A stretch of 64,000 bases of DNA from Laetmonice hystrix (GCA_965235115.1 OZ249443.1:7316001-7380000), one strand, 5' to 3'. Shown: positions 48,207-61,097, numbered from the stretch's first letter. Made by a program: numbers and translations. The notes: generated by a model from the letters alone, not told the origin.

Positions 48207-48398
48207 TTACTTGTCCTTCTTGTTCTTTTTCTTCCCTACAATTGGTCTTTTCTTTTGTTCCTTCTCTGGCATTTGTGATCGTTGTTCATCAAGACGGTTT
48301 GACTGCACTCTCTGGATGAGGCTGAAGAAATCTTCGTCCGGAACTGTTGGCGCAGACTGCTGCGGCAACACACCGCGCTGGTCCTCCATTCGAGATCC
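48207..48398 (-). CDS. GPSM2: GPSM last coding exon with the end of GoLoco 3 and GoLoco 4
   Basis: GSRMEDQR...EDFFSLIQRVQSNRLDEQR...KKDK*. Confidence 0.92.
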   Translation of the reverse strand, partial: GSRMEDQRGVLPQQSAPTVPDEDFFSLIQRVQSNRLDEQRSQMPEKEQKKRPIVGKKKNKKDK

Positions 48399-51300
48399 CT
48401 GCAAGGGCAAAGTTCAAGTCAGGCTGGTTTTGGTGAAATTATTGCACAGAACACTTTTTTTTTTGGTGGGGGGGGGGAATGCCCAAAAGTTACTTTCAAG
48501 TTTCAAATTATTGTCTAATCATGATTACAGCCACTCCAGGTCTGGTGTTAGAACAAATATGTGAATTGGCCCAAGGTTGTGTAGGTCAAAACACCGTGAA
48601 AAACCTGACGAATACATGTACCGGGGGTACTTATCAGGGGTGCTTCTCATTGAGTTATCAGTCCAGTGATGGTCTTTACTTATAAAACCTTGGCTTTTAC
48701 ATCAAGTTTGGCAAGCAGAAGTCCAGCTTGAGTGAACAAATGCACAAGCTGTCTGTTCATCATCTGACCTCCACTAATACACAGAATGTTGGAACTATTG
48801 CAGGTCAACACTTGCACCATGCTTCAAATACCAACCAATAAAACAAGTCTTGCTAGGTCACCTATACAAGTCAAGCTCACTTTGCCTAAATTGTATCATT
48901 TTTTATTTGGGGACCGGAGATTTGTGAGCTTCATGCTCTACATGTACCTTGTTATGTGTTCTCTCATGCTGTGACAATCATAATACTTCATGCTCACACA
49001 GCTCAACAAATGTCACCACGATGCTTTAGTCAATCTATGCACCCAAGGTTTGTAACTTTGTACACAGCACTGAATCCTTCCATACAAGACACACAAACCA
49101 TTCTCTAGACCATTTCCTTTAATCTTTTTGTCTTAGTTCATTAGTTTATGATGATATCGTTGACTTACTTAGCTCAGAATCCGGGATCACTTGATATAAT
49201 TATATTACAGTACCAATCATTGCCCCAAATCACACTCTATATGGGGAAAAATTCTGATCATATAATAATACTTAAAACAAGCAGCTAAAGTCTGCACTCC
49301 CCCCCAAAAATGAAACAAAATAGGTAAAAAAAATTACTACGAAAATAACATTATTAATAACTTCTTCACCATTACATCATTTTTGTAAGAAGTTAAATGA
49401 GAAACTTAATGAAGAAAAATTTATCATCCACTCATGACAAAAAATTACAGCTTATATGTAAGTTTAGGCGACTATGGGCAGTAAACATGGGCAGAGCTCA
49501 TGGTACAAGATTGTGTGAAGAATGAACCACCCCTCCCCAACCAAAAACAAAAACAAACAAAAACAACAAAAAGCAAAAAACACGAGACTTCTGATGCAGT
49601 TATCACCAGATCCCTCCTATGCATGACAACAAAAAAGAGGGATTCTGATTGTTTCCTTACCTGACACCTCATTAGCATTTCAAAGAAGCCATCATCAAGC
49701 GCATGCGACTTGTTTGTCATGAGCTGATCAATAACCTCTTGGCTGTTATGAAGACCAGGGAACTCTGGCAGGGCGGCCCGTTGGTCATTCATACGTGACC
49801 CTTGAATACCAGCAACCATATCCAGGAACTCCTCCGCCTGTGGCGTTGTCCCTGTTATGGTGCACATAAATAGGTTTTAACACTAATCTAGGTTCAAACA
49901 ATTGATACATTGTTTTGAATGGCGAGGTCAATCTCTGGCATGGAAACTATCAACAGAAACGTACCACCTCTACTGAACAAACTGTTGATGAAATCAGTGC
50001 TATTCAGCTTAAGTTAGGTTTCCACAAAGTGATTATGACTACCATCAATGTCAAACCCCTGACATAGAGTTGATGACAGAGACATCTGGTGACTCCAGCA
50101 AACACTAATAGTGACTCATTTCTTACCACCCGAAGCACCGTTTTGCGAGTTTTCCTTCTCGAGGACACGGAACGAACAGCGTTGGTCATCAATGCGACGA
50201 CTCTGGAACTTTGTCAACAAATCGAAGAAGTTATCTTCTTCCATTGCCTCATCTGACTTGTCACCCTGCGGGCGAGCACTATTGGGTCGTGGGGGCGGGG
50301 GCTTGGTCTCGAGGTTGTAAACCATCTCCGTGGCCACAGTGGCTGCTTTCTCCAGTTTGTGGCTGTGCTTGATCTTGGGTTTGGCCCCTCCGTTGGCAGC
50401 TCGTAAACTGGCTGCCTGCTGCTGGGCCTGTCACATAATATTCGAAGTTTTAAACTTTTCAATCTAAGACTCTCTTAGCCAAAATACAAGAATATACAAG
50501 AAACCAGAATTTACGATTTTCCAAGAAACCGAGAATTTTGGGCTTGGCTTTCTCTCCCTGATTTCTAGTTGCAGTGTTTTTGACTGATTATTTACATCTA
50601 TGACCTAAACATGATGGAAGGTGTGTTACCAGTTTGTCTGGAGTAAGTTTCATGATTTCCATGTTCTCCATGCTGTGTCGGCGGTTTCTGTTTGGACGGC
50701 ATGCCCCCACATCAGGGTTGTCAGAGTCTGTGGTCATCATTGATGAGGTACTGTCTGTAACACTGAACCCAGGGATGGAGAAATAAATTACAATCTTTAA
50801 TATCAAGACGACCCTCTCAAAATATGAAGAAAAGGTCAGCACTGAGGCTTCATGGATAAGCTCAAATGCAAAATCAGAGCTCTGTTTTTTCTGTGGAAAG
50901 CATGGAAGTCCCCTCCCCCGTTAGAATGATTTTGTCAACCATGACCGTGAGTGTGTTACAGTTAACACAGTTGAGATTGCACATTTAGAGAAACCTACCT
51001 GCTAGTGTCCAGGTCATTGGCCTTGGAGATACCGAGAAGGCTGCGAAGGTCAGCCAGATTAAGTTGCGCTGTGACCTGGCCGGTATGATCACCAATCTGT
51101 ACAGACATAGAAAACATTGATACTAACCGGTGTAAGGAACAGCGAGCAGCAACAACTTATACGGACTAGAAATAAGTTCTATTTTCCCCTTCCTTTCTTT
51201 TGTTTTTTTTTGGGGGGGAGGATATTAGATGTGACCAGAGACCGTTAGAGCATCTTTATTTTGTTACTAATTTATAAGGGGCAATCAACTTCTTTAGTAG

Positions 51301-54300
51301 ACGACTCACCTCTTGCGATATCTCCAGATGTTGTGAGGCATACTGGAGGGCTTTCTCATGGTTGCCGAGGGCTGTGTGTGCATTACCCAGACTCCAACAG
51401 GCTCGGCCTTCCCCGACACGGTCACGTAATTCCTGGGCGATCTGTAGGTGGCGCACGTGAAAGTCAATGGCTTGCTCATAGTCCCGTAACAGTGTGTATG
51501 TGTTGCCCAAGCTGTAACAAGCCTGTGCCTCAAGAGCTTTCTCACCCAGCTCCTTCGCAATTTGTAATGTTTTTCTGCAAGCAAGACCAAACAGGTTAAT
51601 ACTGAGAAATGCAGCTAGGGCAAAACTGAAGCAAAACATTACTTTCCTTTAATTAACTGCAGGAAATAATCTACATGTGGTTTTCCTAGATTTTCATTTT
51701 TGAATAGTCCTCTGAATTTGCAATGTCAAAATTGACTTTACACATGAAGAAAAACCCAAGCTCTTTTCTTGTTAAAATCCTCAATGACTTGTTAAAAACC
51801 AAAGATATCTGAGATACTCACTTGTAATGTTCTGCAGCAACATCAAATTCTCCCAAGAATATATGTGCATTTCCTAGGTTGCTGTAAGCCCGCCGCTCTG
51901 CAGACTTATCCCCAAACTCTTTAGCTATTGCTAATCGCTGGAATGCAGGACAGAAAAATGATTAATACTTTGGTATAACGGTTTTCCTTTTGATAATGAA
52001 AGGGCAACATTTATTAGATCTCATCCGATATATTTAATGGAATATTTGAAGGAATTAGTTAGAGAAATGACAACTTAACCATTCTCACCTCTTCATGGTA
52101 AACGATGGCTTGACTGAAGTTTCCCAGTAGATAATGTGTGTTTCCTAAGTTACCACAAGCCCTGCCTTGAGCTGCTCTGTCACCAATTTCACGGACAATC
52201 TCCAGGTTCTCTCTGAAATTACATATCGCAATAAAAATTCTGCAGACACTTTGAATCAAGATCCATAACTGTCAGCATGCCAATTTAAAGGGGAGCGTCA
52301 GATCAACTCTGATACAAAGGAATCAAGTAACGCCAAAGCTGACTGTTTGATTTCATAAGGCTGGCCGCATACAGACAGGTCCCAATAAAGGCCTAGACAT
52401 GTTAACAGTGACTTGTCACGTGTCCACCTGGATCAAAGACTACCTGATGCAATGATGGGACTCCAGCAGATGTGCAGGTACAGGCCTGTCAACACCATAC
52501 TAATGTACTGGTTGACATGGACTGAATTGGCTCTATCATATAACTAATGGACCCTGTGAAAACAAATGTCCGATATTGTTCTAATGCCTCCTAATCAAAG
52601 AGTATGTAGCTCGAGTACAGCTTGGTATAGATGGCAAGCAATGATCTGCAACCATTCCATGCCTCAACTCTAGATCTCTGCTTGTATTGTTGTGTCAGCA
52701 GAGCTGTCATTTACTGCCGACTCAGCAGAAACTGGTCAATGTCTCAACAACTACGCCAAGACAGCTCTCCTAATCAGAAGGCTTGAAGGAGCCATCATAA
52801 AGTTGTACAGTTGTACATCACACGAAATCTAATGTTCCCCGATATAACAAATGGATCACAATAGCACCAATGACCATCAAAAAAATAGGAAAATAGGAAT
52901 TTGCTGTGCCAAAAAAATAGAAATAAAATAGGAATATCAAACAGAAAATATACGGAAAATAGGAATTATTTTGAACAGTCCCTATCGACTTAGATAAACA
53001 TGTAATCTTTTTTGACTAATTTCTTGAGACCCCAAAGCATAAGTCTTTGTAAAAAAAAAAGTCCAGCGACGAGGTGGTCTTCACGTTGGTACCATTTCTT
53101 GAAATTCACGCAATTTTACGGTTTATAAAAATCGACAAAAGACATAGGAATATTTTAGGGATACTGCCCAAAAATAGGAAAAACTAGGAATTTTACTAAA
53201 AAAATAGGAATAAATAGGACTGATTCCGAAAAATAGGAAAAAATAGGAACTTGACAGCCTGCAATAGCAAACGCTGCCCATTCTGTACACTGTACATGCA
53301 GAGCTTATATCTCTTCTAAGAGACAACCGCTCTTTAGGCTGGTGACATATCATTCATGACTTCTCCTGCACAGCTAAGCATAACGTCCCTTCCTTATGTC
53401 CTTAAAAACACATACTGTCTCAGAGCATTTGGCATGGCAATATTTCCCTTCTCTCTCTTTTAACTAAATAAAGAGAGTTACTTATCAGTAATCCCGTACA
53501 TCAAAGGACTTGAGCACCTTTAATTTGACAAATGCTGTATCCCAGATTATTGATCCATGCAGCTGTCTTATCTTTGTGGTACTCACTCGTAGTATTCGGC
53601 AGCCTTTTGAAGTGATTCTTTTACATCAGGAGGGAATTCTCCTGGGTCTTGGTGGGCACTTCTTCCAGCATGCTTTCCCTTGGCATGATATACATTCCCA
53701 AGGTTATATAACGCCCTGGCTTCTCCAATCTGAAACAGAAGCATAGCAATGACCAGTGCAATAAATAGTTGATGTTCATGTTGACTTAAAGGTCAGGATC
53801 CATCGTCCAGATGACCAGTTGGTTAGTTTGAGTTAAATAGGGAAACTTTTTTTTGTCAGACAAGATAACGAGAGAAGCCATGTCGCATTAACAGTAAACA
53901 GGGGACAGCTCCTTTGAATGAGAGAGGAGTTCTGAAAGTGACACCAGTTACCTTAATGATCAGAGTAATTATCAGACACATTGTTTGGAAATACTAAGGA
54001 TGGAGCATGTCTGGGCAGGCTTCTGGTTGTTTGATCAGCACTTGATCCACCATCAATGTCATAACAAAAGCCCAGACCGACTCTTTTAAAACAGCCCACG
54101 CACACATAAATCAATAAACTGACAGCAATGCAACTTGGAAACCAGAAATAGCACCATGGCCAGACTGCTGTCTGCACTGCAGCTGAGGGGGTTCCACGAA
54201 AGGCTGACAAACATTCTTTCAAGCAATTTCTATTTTACTGAGCTAAATATTGAAGAGAACAGAGGGGAAGAAACAGTAAGCAAGGAAGGGGAACAGAAAG

Positions 54301-57260
54301 AGAAAAGAAAAGAAAGAAAGGTGGAGTAAGACAAGAATAAATCAAGGATTCTTTTCTCACAAATTTAAACTCCAGTGCTACAATTAAATTGCAAAGTTAG
54401 AAAAAAAAATCATATTAGAGAAGGAAGGCATGTTACCTAAAATAGCTCCACTGGATTACAAATATAGAACTGTGCACAACAGAACCAATTAAGCATTGAT
54501 GGAAGGGTACTGGGGCAGGTTGCCAATTACAGCATCAAAAAGGATGACAAAATCAGAGTGGGAGGGTGTAGTTAACTGGCGACGGCAGCAGACTGTCCAC
54601 AACTTTGTTGAAATCGTTAGACCTTGCCTGTCAGTGCCATGCAGCTCTTAGGATTTAACCAATTAGCATAGCTGTTGGAAGAGCTTCAAAGCAGACAGAG
54701 AGACAAGGTCAAATTGATGCTGCATGAAGATTCTTTGTTACTTGTTTTAACCTGGCAGTGTAGATATCAAAACTATTCAAATGCAACTAAATATGGTATC
54801 ATTGACGGTACACATTTAAGTCAAATTGACGACTTTTCTGAGAAAAAAAAATCCTGTGTCCTCAGACCTTCATTTCACTGTCTGTTCATCAATTTGGGCA
54901 TGGATTTTTTTTTATCTGAAATATATTTGCAGCTGACAACATAAAATTACACAAGTCTATGGGGAATGGAAATGTTCTACACATTCAAACAAATGAATAA
55001 AACAAATACAATTTGAAAATCATTGCCCATTATAATCAGCTGTCCTAAAACATGTACAAACATGTACATTACAGCAATTGAATGTCAGCCAAAAGTTTGA
55101 CAGTAACCAGAAAATAAGCCCCAAATGATAATCTCAGTGAGAACCAAGATCTTTTCACTTGTAATCCCCAAGATGATCCATGACTTGCGATGCGCGCATG
55201 GTGCATAATGTTTCACTGAACATGAACATCATGATTTGACCTACCCGGTCGGCCAGTTCACGGGACACATCCAGGTGGCGCTGGCAGCACGCGATGGCCT
55301 CATCAAACTTGCCCAGCACCTTTAGTGTGTTGCCAAGGTTACCACTGGCTTTTGCCTCCCCCAGCTTGTCCCTCAACGTCCTGGAGTGACACATGCGGAA
55401 GGATGCACGATTAGACAACAGACTGAGCTATGTAAAGTGACATGATGGATCCGGGTACTACATGTATTCCAAACAGCATTCCCCTGATCTAGGTCAACAA
55501 ATACCATGTAAGGCAAGACCTAAGGTCACCAGAAATTATTGTACAATTATTTATACAATAATTATGAAGTTTTTATATCTCAAAAGATAACTCGGTATGA
55601 TCCATACTATTTGCATAATTTACATTTACATTGTAATTGACAAGACATCAGATGCTGCAATGATAATTCGAGCCTTGTGCTTGTGTGTCAATATTTTGCC
55701 AGTGGAGGCACACAGAGGATTCTGTCTCAAAGCCATGAATAATGCTCTCAATTTTATCTGCCAGTATATCATGTTTATCATAGGCCTAAATGATTTCCAT
55801 GCTGCTGAGAGGTTTGAAACAAGTGCAATACAGTGTTTGAAATAATGGCAAAATAACCTCAATATTGTTGATTGCTAAAATGCTTCATACATTATTTTTT
55901 ATAACTTTTAAACAAGCCCATTTATAAAAATTCCGTAGCAGCAGCAGTAAAAGAAGTACATCCATATGACGGTTTGCAAACATTGTGATTTGAATCACAT
56001 TATAACTCTTCCAATCTAATTAAAATTAGATCTTGGTATTCCGCGTCTCTCTCGGCTGTGTCGGTGCTGGCAGCGCTCCATACCTAGATCTAAGGACATC
56101 CCATTAGGGGTCACCTCAGGTTGACCTCGGGATTCAGCCAATCAGCGAGCCGCCTACGAAATCTTCGGTGTGCGCTCGTAGGCATTTTCAACGGCACACT
56201 TGAATCTGGGTCAAAGGTCAGCCTGAGGTGACCCCATACGGGATGCCGTTAGATCCTAGTATGTAGCGCATGCGAAATAACTAAGATCTAATTTTAATTA
56301 GATTGTAACTCTTCAATCGTGTCGTGATTTGCAATGTGAAACAGATTATTTTGCGCCTTGTGCTGGTTCCATAAAAAGCCAAAACCTCATAAATGTGCTT
56401 TTAGTTTAAATAAAGGTCATAATCTGGATACCAGACCTCTTTGCCACAAATCTTTGTGACACTGGGTGAGGTCAAATATGAGAGTTAACTATACGCCTGG
56501 ATTATCCAGGTGTTATCTCAGGAAAAAGCGTTAACCTGGACCTTTAACACTAGGCTCCAGTTAACATTTTGACAACACCTTGTTAATACTTTGAAAAAAC
56601 TCAAGTAACACTTTCCTGACACATCAGTCACACCTGGTCGCCACTCCTACCAGTGGAATAAGGAATAAGCTTGACTGAGTTTTGACCTGTCTCAGGTGTT
56701 AACCCACAGGCGGTTAACACTTTATGTATAGGTTTTCTATGGTATTTCAACGACACCTGGGACCTTACTGAGATTAAGGGGACACCTGAGTTATCTAGGT
56801 GTTTCCAAGGTGTGTTTTAGGTGTTAACACGTTGTTGAGACAGTGTTAACTCAGTGTTAAGTAAACACCCAGGACGAGGTCAAATTTCCGATTTATAGAA
56901 CACTTTCTTAATACCTAGCGTTAACACCCATTTAACTTTTAGATTTGACCTTACCCACTGGCAGGTGACAACAAACTGGGGTTGACTCCTTGATGATTGC
57001 ATCTAAAATCACAGATGACTGAATTCAATGTGTCCTTACCTGGCCATGTTTAGGTCATGTTTGTGATATTCTAATGCCTTGCCGTACTCCTGGAGGTAGA
57101 AGTAGGCATTGCCAAGCTGACTGTAGATGGCACTGAGGGTCTTCAGGTCGTCAGTGCCAACCTGGATGGCAGCTTCAAAGAACTGCACTCCAGCACGGCA
57201 GTCCCCAGCCTTGCACAGCCGTTCTCCCTCAAGGGCCAGTTCCATGCATGTCCCTTCCAT
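48207..57260 (-). CDS. GPSM2: G-protein signalling modulator (LGN/AGS3/Pins orthologue), about 639 aa, TPR repeats plus 4 GoLoco motifs
   Basis: Exons: 57260-57040, 55380-55245, 53729-53587, 52212-52089, 51937-51822, 51574-51310, 51096-50999, 50762-50630, 50427-50127, 49851-49661, 48398-48207; phases consistent, total 1920 nt. Motifs LALEGERLCKAGD, LGN repeats, RRHSMENME, four DQR/EQR GoLoco motifs. Single pre-duplication orthologue of GPSM1/GPSM2. Confidence 0.95.
49661..49851 (-). CDS. GPSM2: GPSM exon with GoLoco 2 and the start of GoLoco 3
   Basis: EEFLDMVAGIQGSRMNDQR...DGFFEMLMRCQ. Confidence 0.92.
50127..50427 (-). CDS. GPSM2: GPSM exon with GoLoco 1
   Basis: EDNFFDLLTKFQSRRIDDQR. Confidence 0.88.
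50630..50762 (-). CDS. GPSM2: GPSM linker exon
   Basis: ...RPNRNRRHSMENMEIMKLTPDKL. Confidence 0.85.
50999..51096 (-). CDS. GPSM2: GPSM exon at the end of the TPR region
   Basis: IGDHTGQVTAQLNLADLRSLLGISKANDLDTS. Confidence 0.85.
51310..51574 (-). CDS. GPSM2: GPSM TPR exon
   Basis: KTLQIAKELGEKALEAQACYSLGNTY...HLEISQE. Confidence 0.93.
51822..51937 (-). CDS. GPSM2: GPSM TPR exon (not in the ORF track)
   Basis: RLAIAKEFGDKSAERRAYSNLGNAHIFLGEFDVAAEHYK. Confidence 0.92.
52089..52212 (-). CDS. GPSM2: GPSM TPR exon
   Basis: ENLEIVREIGDRAAQGRACGNLGNTHYLLG...HEE. Confidence 0.92.
52860..53261. repeat. aaaataggaa subrepeat array, likely a MITE arm
   Basis: About 10 copies of aaaataggaa; terminal cttgacagcctg. 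Confidence 0.55.
53587..53729 (-). CDS. GPSM2: GPSM TPR exon (not in the ORF track)
   Basis: IGEARALYNLGNVYHAKGKHAGRSAHQDPGEFPPDVKESLQKAAEYYE. Confidence 0.92.
55245..55380 (-). CDS. GPSM2: GPSM TPR exon
   Basis: TLRDKLGEAKASGNLGNTLK...ELADR. Confidence 0.92.
56012..56305. mobile_element. Mutator-like (MULE) MITE, 294 bp, 9-bp TSD
   Basis: TIR caatctaattaaaattagatct; whole element quasi-palindromic; taactcttc on both flanks (56003-56011, 56306-56314). Confidence 0.85.
57040..57260 (-). CDS. GPSM2: GPSM first recognised coding exon
   Basis: MEGTCMELALEGERLCKAGD...HDLNMAR; donor gtaagg. Confidence 0.92.
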
Positions 57261-59755
57261 GATCTGAGTAAAACAAAAAACATGTATATCAATGGAAAGT
57301 TTCATGGTCGTTGACCTCATTGTAATATTCTTTCAAAATCTAACTTCAGACTTTTGATCAGTACATTTCTTGTACTACTAGACATCAATCCTCAACAATC
57401 ATACATATCTTAACAATTTTGGTAAACCAGTATTTATCATATGCCTGCTTCATACGGGCAGTGTCCTCTCCTGAATATGTGACCTACCTGTACCTAAACC
57501 ATTTTGTCCTCTCCTAGGCTAAGTGATATTTCCATTGTTGGATGGAAAGGATGATAAAGAGATGTTAAGTGCATGTTGTGAGACTGAATGGTATGTGAAT
57601 GTTGCTGTCTGGACCAATCACAGACATATGTCATGGCAATGATGGCACAATGGCAGGGTGAAAATCAAATAAAACACAATTAACTGGATTTATACAGATG
57701 CTGATGGCTCTACACAGCGATGGGAGAAGAGAGGATTAGACTATGGCAGAGGGTATTGGCATTTGGGGGGGGGGGGGGGTATGGGGTTGCAATCCCCCTT
57801 GCCAATATTTTTTTATGAGATTGCATTTTTAGCCAGCAAAAAACGACCGTGTTCATGCACAGTAATGCTCAATCAACTTCAACTTCTGGGCGGTTCTATG
57901 GTTAGGGCAAAGACCTACCGATAAAGGTTAAGGAGATTCTGAAAGCGAGGGATAGCACTACTGCCACATAAGTCAAATTACCCCCAATACCCCAATCTAA
58001 AGCCGTCAATATGTGGACGGTCCCTTGTACCTCCTTGAAAGCAAGGGTCTCGTCCATTAGATCAAGCTGGCAGCCACTTAGTGGCATATAACACAATACT
58101 GCTCCAAAATGTGTTACATGACTATAGAGTTTTCATCACCAATCAATCTTACCCAAGTTCATGTCAAAATAATCAAAATGCAGTTCTGTTATACAGAGAC
58201 TGGACAAAAAGATAAAATTCCATGTTATAAAGTAGTGAAACAGGATAATTCCTATGGGCCTGTTGGTAATGAGGACAATTTATAATGCTCACAATCAAGT
58301 CATACTCTCGGGGTGGAAATCTATGGGTTTCTTACTGAAGTGCGTTAGGCTAATTCTTGAAATTTATAAAGGCTTTGCTTGTTATTGGAAGAAACAGACG
58401 GAAATAGCAACGGGATTTTGGCGTGCAGGTAACATGGACATTTCTCTTCTTATGACTGAATAGTGAACATGCAGATCGAAAAGAAATCCAAAATATAGCT
58501 GATGCTGCACAACTGCTGGTTCAGTAGTTATTTTTGAGGGAAGGAAATTTCTGTTTGCTTAGTGTTAATCAGGAATGTTTTGCTGCATTAGCAGCAGGTA
58601 ACATGGACATTGTCCACGTTACACCCGGCCACCTATAGTATAGCTATACTACAACTCGGCTAAACTCAACCAGCTCCACAATTAATTATAAAACTATTTT
58701 GTTGATGGGAAATTCTCATTATTGCTAATCATTAGCATGGCTATAACCCTCCAAAGAAACAGGAACGTAGCCACAAACCTCAGCTGTCACTGTGTCCAAG
58801 TTACCTGCTGGTGACTGGCGACTGAACTCCCCTCCCCTCCCCTTCCCCGCAGGAAATGAAAATGAAGTCTATGCAACATCTGTTTACAGAGGGGAGGTAG
58901 CTGGTAACGCATTTCACAACATTGCTCACGACATGTTCAGGTCCCCTTTATGGTACAGTGTCTGCTAGTAACATTGATGGACAAAATCGTTACCAACGGA
59001 CACTATGTTGGCCTTGTGTCTTTCTTTTGATCACCATTCCAGGTATCAAAACATCGCTAATACACCATGATATATCATTATTAAGGTACATTTTCATTCA
59101 GGAGTGAAGATATTTGAGCCACTAACAAAGTTTCACGGCGGGTTTGAAAACGTCTCTATTTTTCTGTGTGACGCCAATTAATGTAAAAAAACAATAGTCT
59201 TGAAAATGGACATGCGGTTATTTTACCGTTGGTTACTAAAATTGCTATCAAAAACTACTTGAAATATCTCCTGGGGCTTGTGACATAATAAATTGGGCCC
59301 CACCTTCTGATTTTTTAATGATGTTAAGATATTATTTGCACTCAAAATAAGGGTCTGCTTAAAATGACCAGTATTGTGTTTTGACCCATATATATATTTG
59401 ATACTATGACCATCCTATGCTGTAGCATAGGAACTGACAATGACATCTTAAAATTAGCACATCCACCGTTAGCATCGCCCCCTTATCGTCCACACATACA
59501 AAGTACACAGGCGGTGTACTTTTGTCTGCTGCCGGTGTACTGAGCACCTAAAATGACTGCCGGTGTCTATTTTCACCGAGCATCCATGCCTCAGATGTGG
59601 ATCTGTTGGGTGTACCCTTTGTGTTGGACCCACAAAATTGTATTAAGTAAAAATAAAGTACAATTTTGAAGCAGTAACATGGTCAAAATCTTCATTTAAA
59701 GTGTCCTTAGATTGTTCTTTTACCCCCAAAAAACCTGGGAATCCAGGCTGCCCCT

Positions 59756-60014
59756 GGGCCCGGTTTTTTTGTTTATTTTTCCACCGTGAGCGAGGGCGAG
59801 CTGAGCTGAGCAAGGGTGAGCAGAAGCTCATGCTCACCGTTTTGCTCACCGTTTTCATTTTTTCGGGTGTTTTTCCGCGAGCTTGCTCACCATGAACATG
59901 CCTCATGGAAAAAAGCAACTCAAGAAAACACGAAAACGCTGAGAATGAGCTCATGCTCACCCTTGCTCAGCTCACCCTTGCTCACGGTGGAAAAGTAAAC
60001 AAAAAAACCGGCCC
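59756..60014. mobile_element. Palindromic MITE with gctcacc/ggtgagc subrepeats
   Basis: About 35-bp TIR gggcc(c)ggtttttttgttta(t/c)tttt(t)ccaccgtgagc. Confidence 0.75.
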
Positions 60015-60189
60015 CTGGACCCCACACAGGCCCCAGACCCCCGGCTCACCACCGGTGCGACATTTCATCCTGTAGTGTGGAGAACACTGTTAACTTGAAC
60101 TTTTCACCAATATCAATATCAAAAACAAAGAAACCCAACTCTTAATTTATGTTCTGGAAGGAAAAATATTTTCTGACAATTGTGGTTGA

Positions 60190-60865
60190 CGGTCGATGTG
60201 TACCGCTGCCTCTGTGCACCGTAGTCGATGTGTACCCCTCCACAGTCGTTGTGTACCACTTCCCTGGTCGTTGTGTACCAGTAGACCAATACAATAATAT
60301 CTAATGATCAGCTCTAATAATGTGTGGCATCTCTCAGCAGGGGGTGGGGTAAGGCATAGAACGCGCCATTTTTAGACTTGTAAGGTGTTTCGGATACGAC
60401 TAACGTTAGATGTTGAGCTTGTATGACAGCTCGCCTCCTCAGCCGCTCGCCCGCCCGGCCGCTCACTCACCCGGGGTGTGTCTTTCATAAGCTCTGGTTA
60501 TTAACGATCTCGTTAACTTTACCTAGCAGTGAATGGGGAATGAAATCGTTATTAACCGTGAGCCTCCCATTCATTTCAATACAACTTAACGAAATCATTA
60601 ATAACCAGAGCTTATTAAGACCGGCCCCTGGTCGCTCGCCCGCCCGCCCGCTCACTCACTCACCCGGCCGCTCGCCTGCCCGGCTGCTCACTCACCCGGT
60701 CGCTCCCAAGCTCACTCACCCGGCCGCTCGCACGCCCGGCGGGGGGGTACACATCGACCAGGGAAGCGGTACACATCGACCAGGAAAAGGGGTACACATC
60801 GACCAGTGAAGCGGTACACATCGACCGGTACACAGTGACAGTGCCAGTGGTACACATCGACTAGT
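60190..60865. mobile_element. TIR element with inverted arrays of GTCGATGTGTACC and a central GC-rich ctcactcacccgg array
   Basis: About 4 forward copies at 60192-60285 and about 5 reverse copies at 60745-60862. Confidence 0.7.
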
Positions 60866-60910
60866 ATTCGACAATGGTACTAAGTGCGGTGACGGTGACT
60901 GATGTTATGT

Positions 60911-61097
60911 CAGGCGTGGATTGGGGGGGGGGGGGGAGGGGGTCCGGCCCCCCCCCCCCCTGCTCGGGACCAACTTAGGTTTTTGCAATGTTATCGGGGA
61001 AGGGCCCTCGTCAGCTGTTGCCCCCTCCCCCGGCGGGTCGCAGCTTCCGCCCCCCCCCCCCCCCCCCGCACAAATTCCTGGATCCGATCCGCGCCTT
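60911..61097. mobile_element. CAG-TIR MITE family member
   Basis: caggcgtgga...gatccgcgcct with G/C runs; flanks tatgt/tacgt (one mismatch). Confidence 0.6.

Noticed and set aside
42515-48207. Functional linkage between a class C GPCR and the Gi regulator GPSM
   Set aside because: Adjacent convergent genes in an animal genome do not imply co-function; nothing in the sequence supports it
52481-53261. Single hAT element spanning caggcctgtcaa to ttgacagcctg
   Set aside because: Short imperfect TIR match and no TSD; only the subrepeat array is reported
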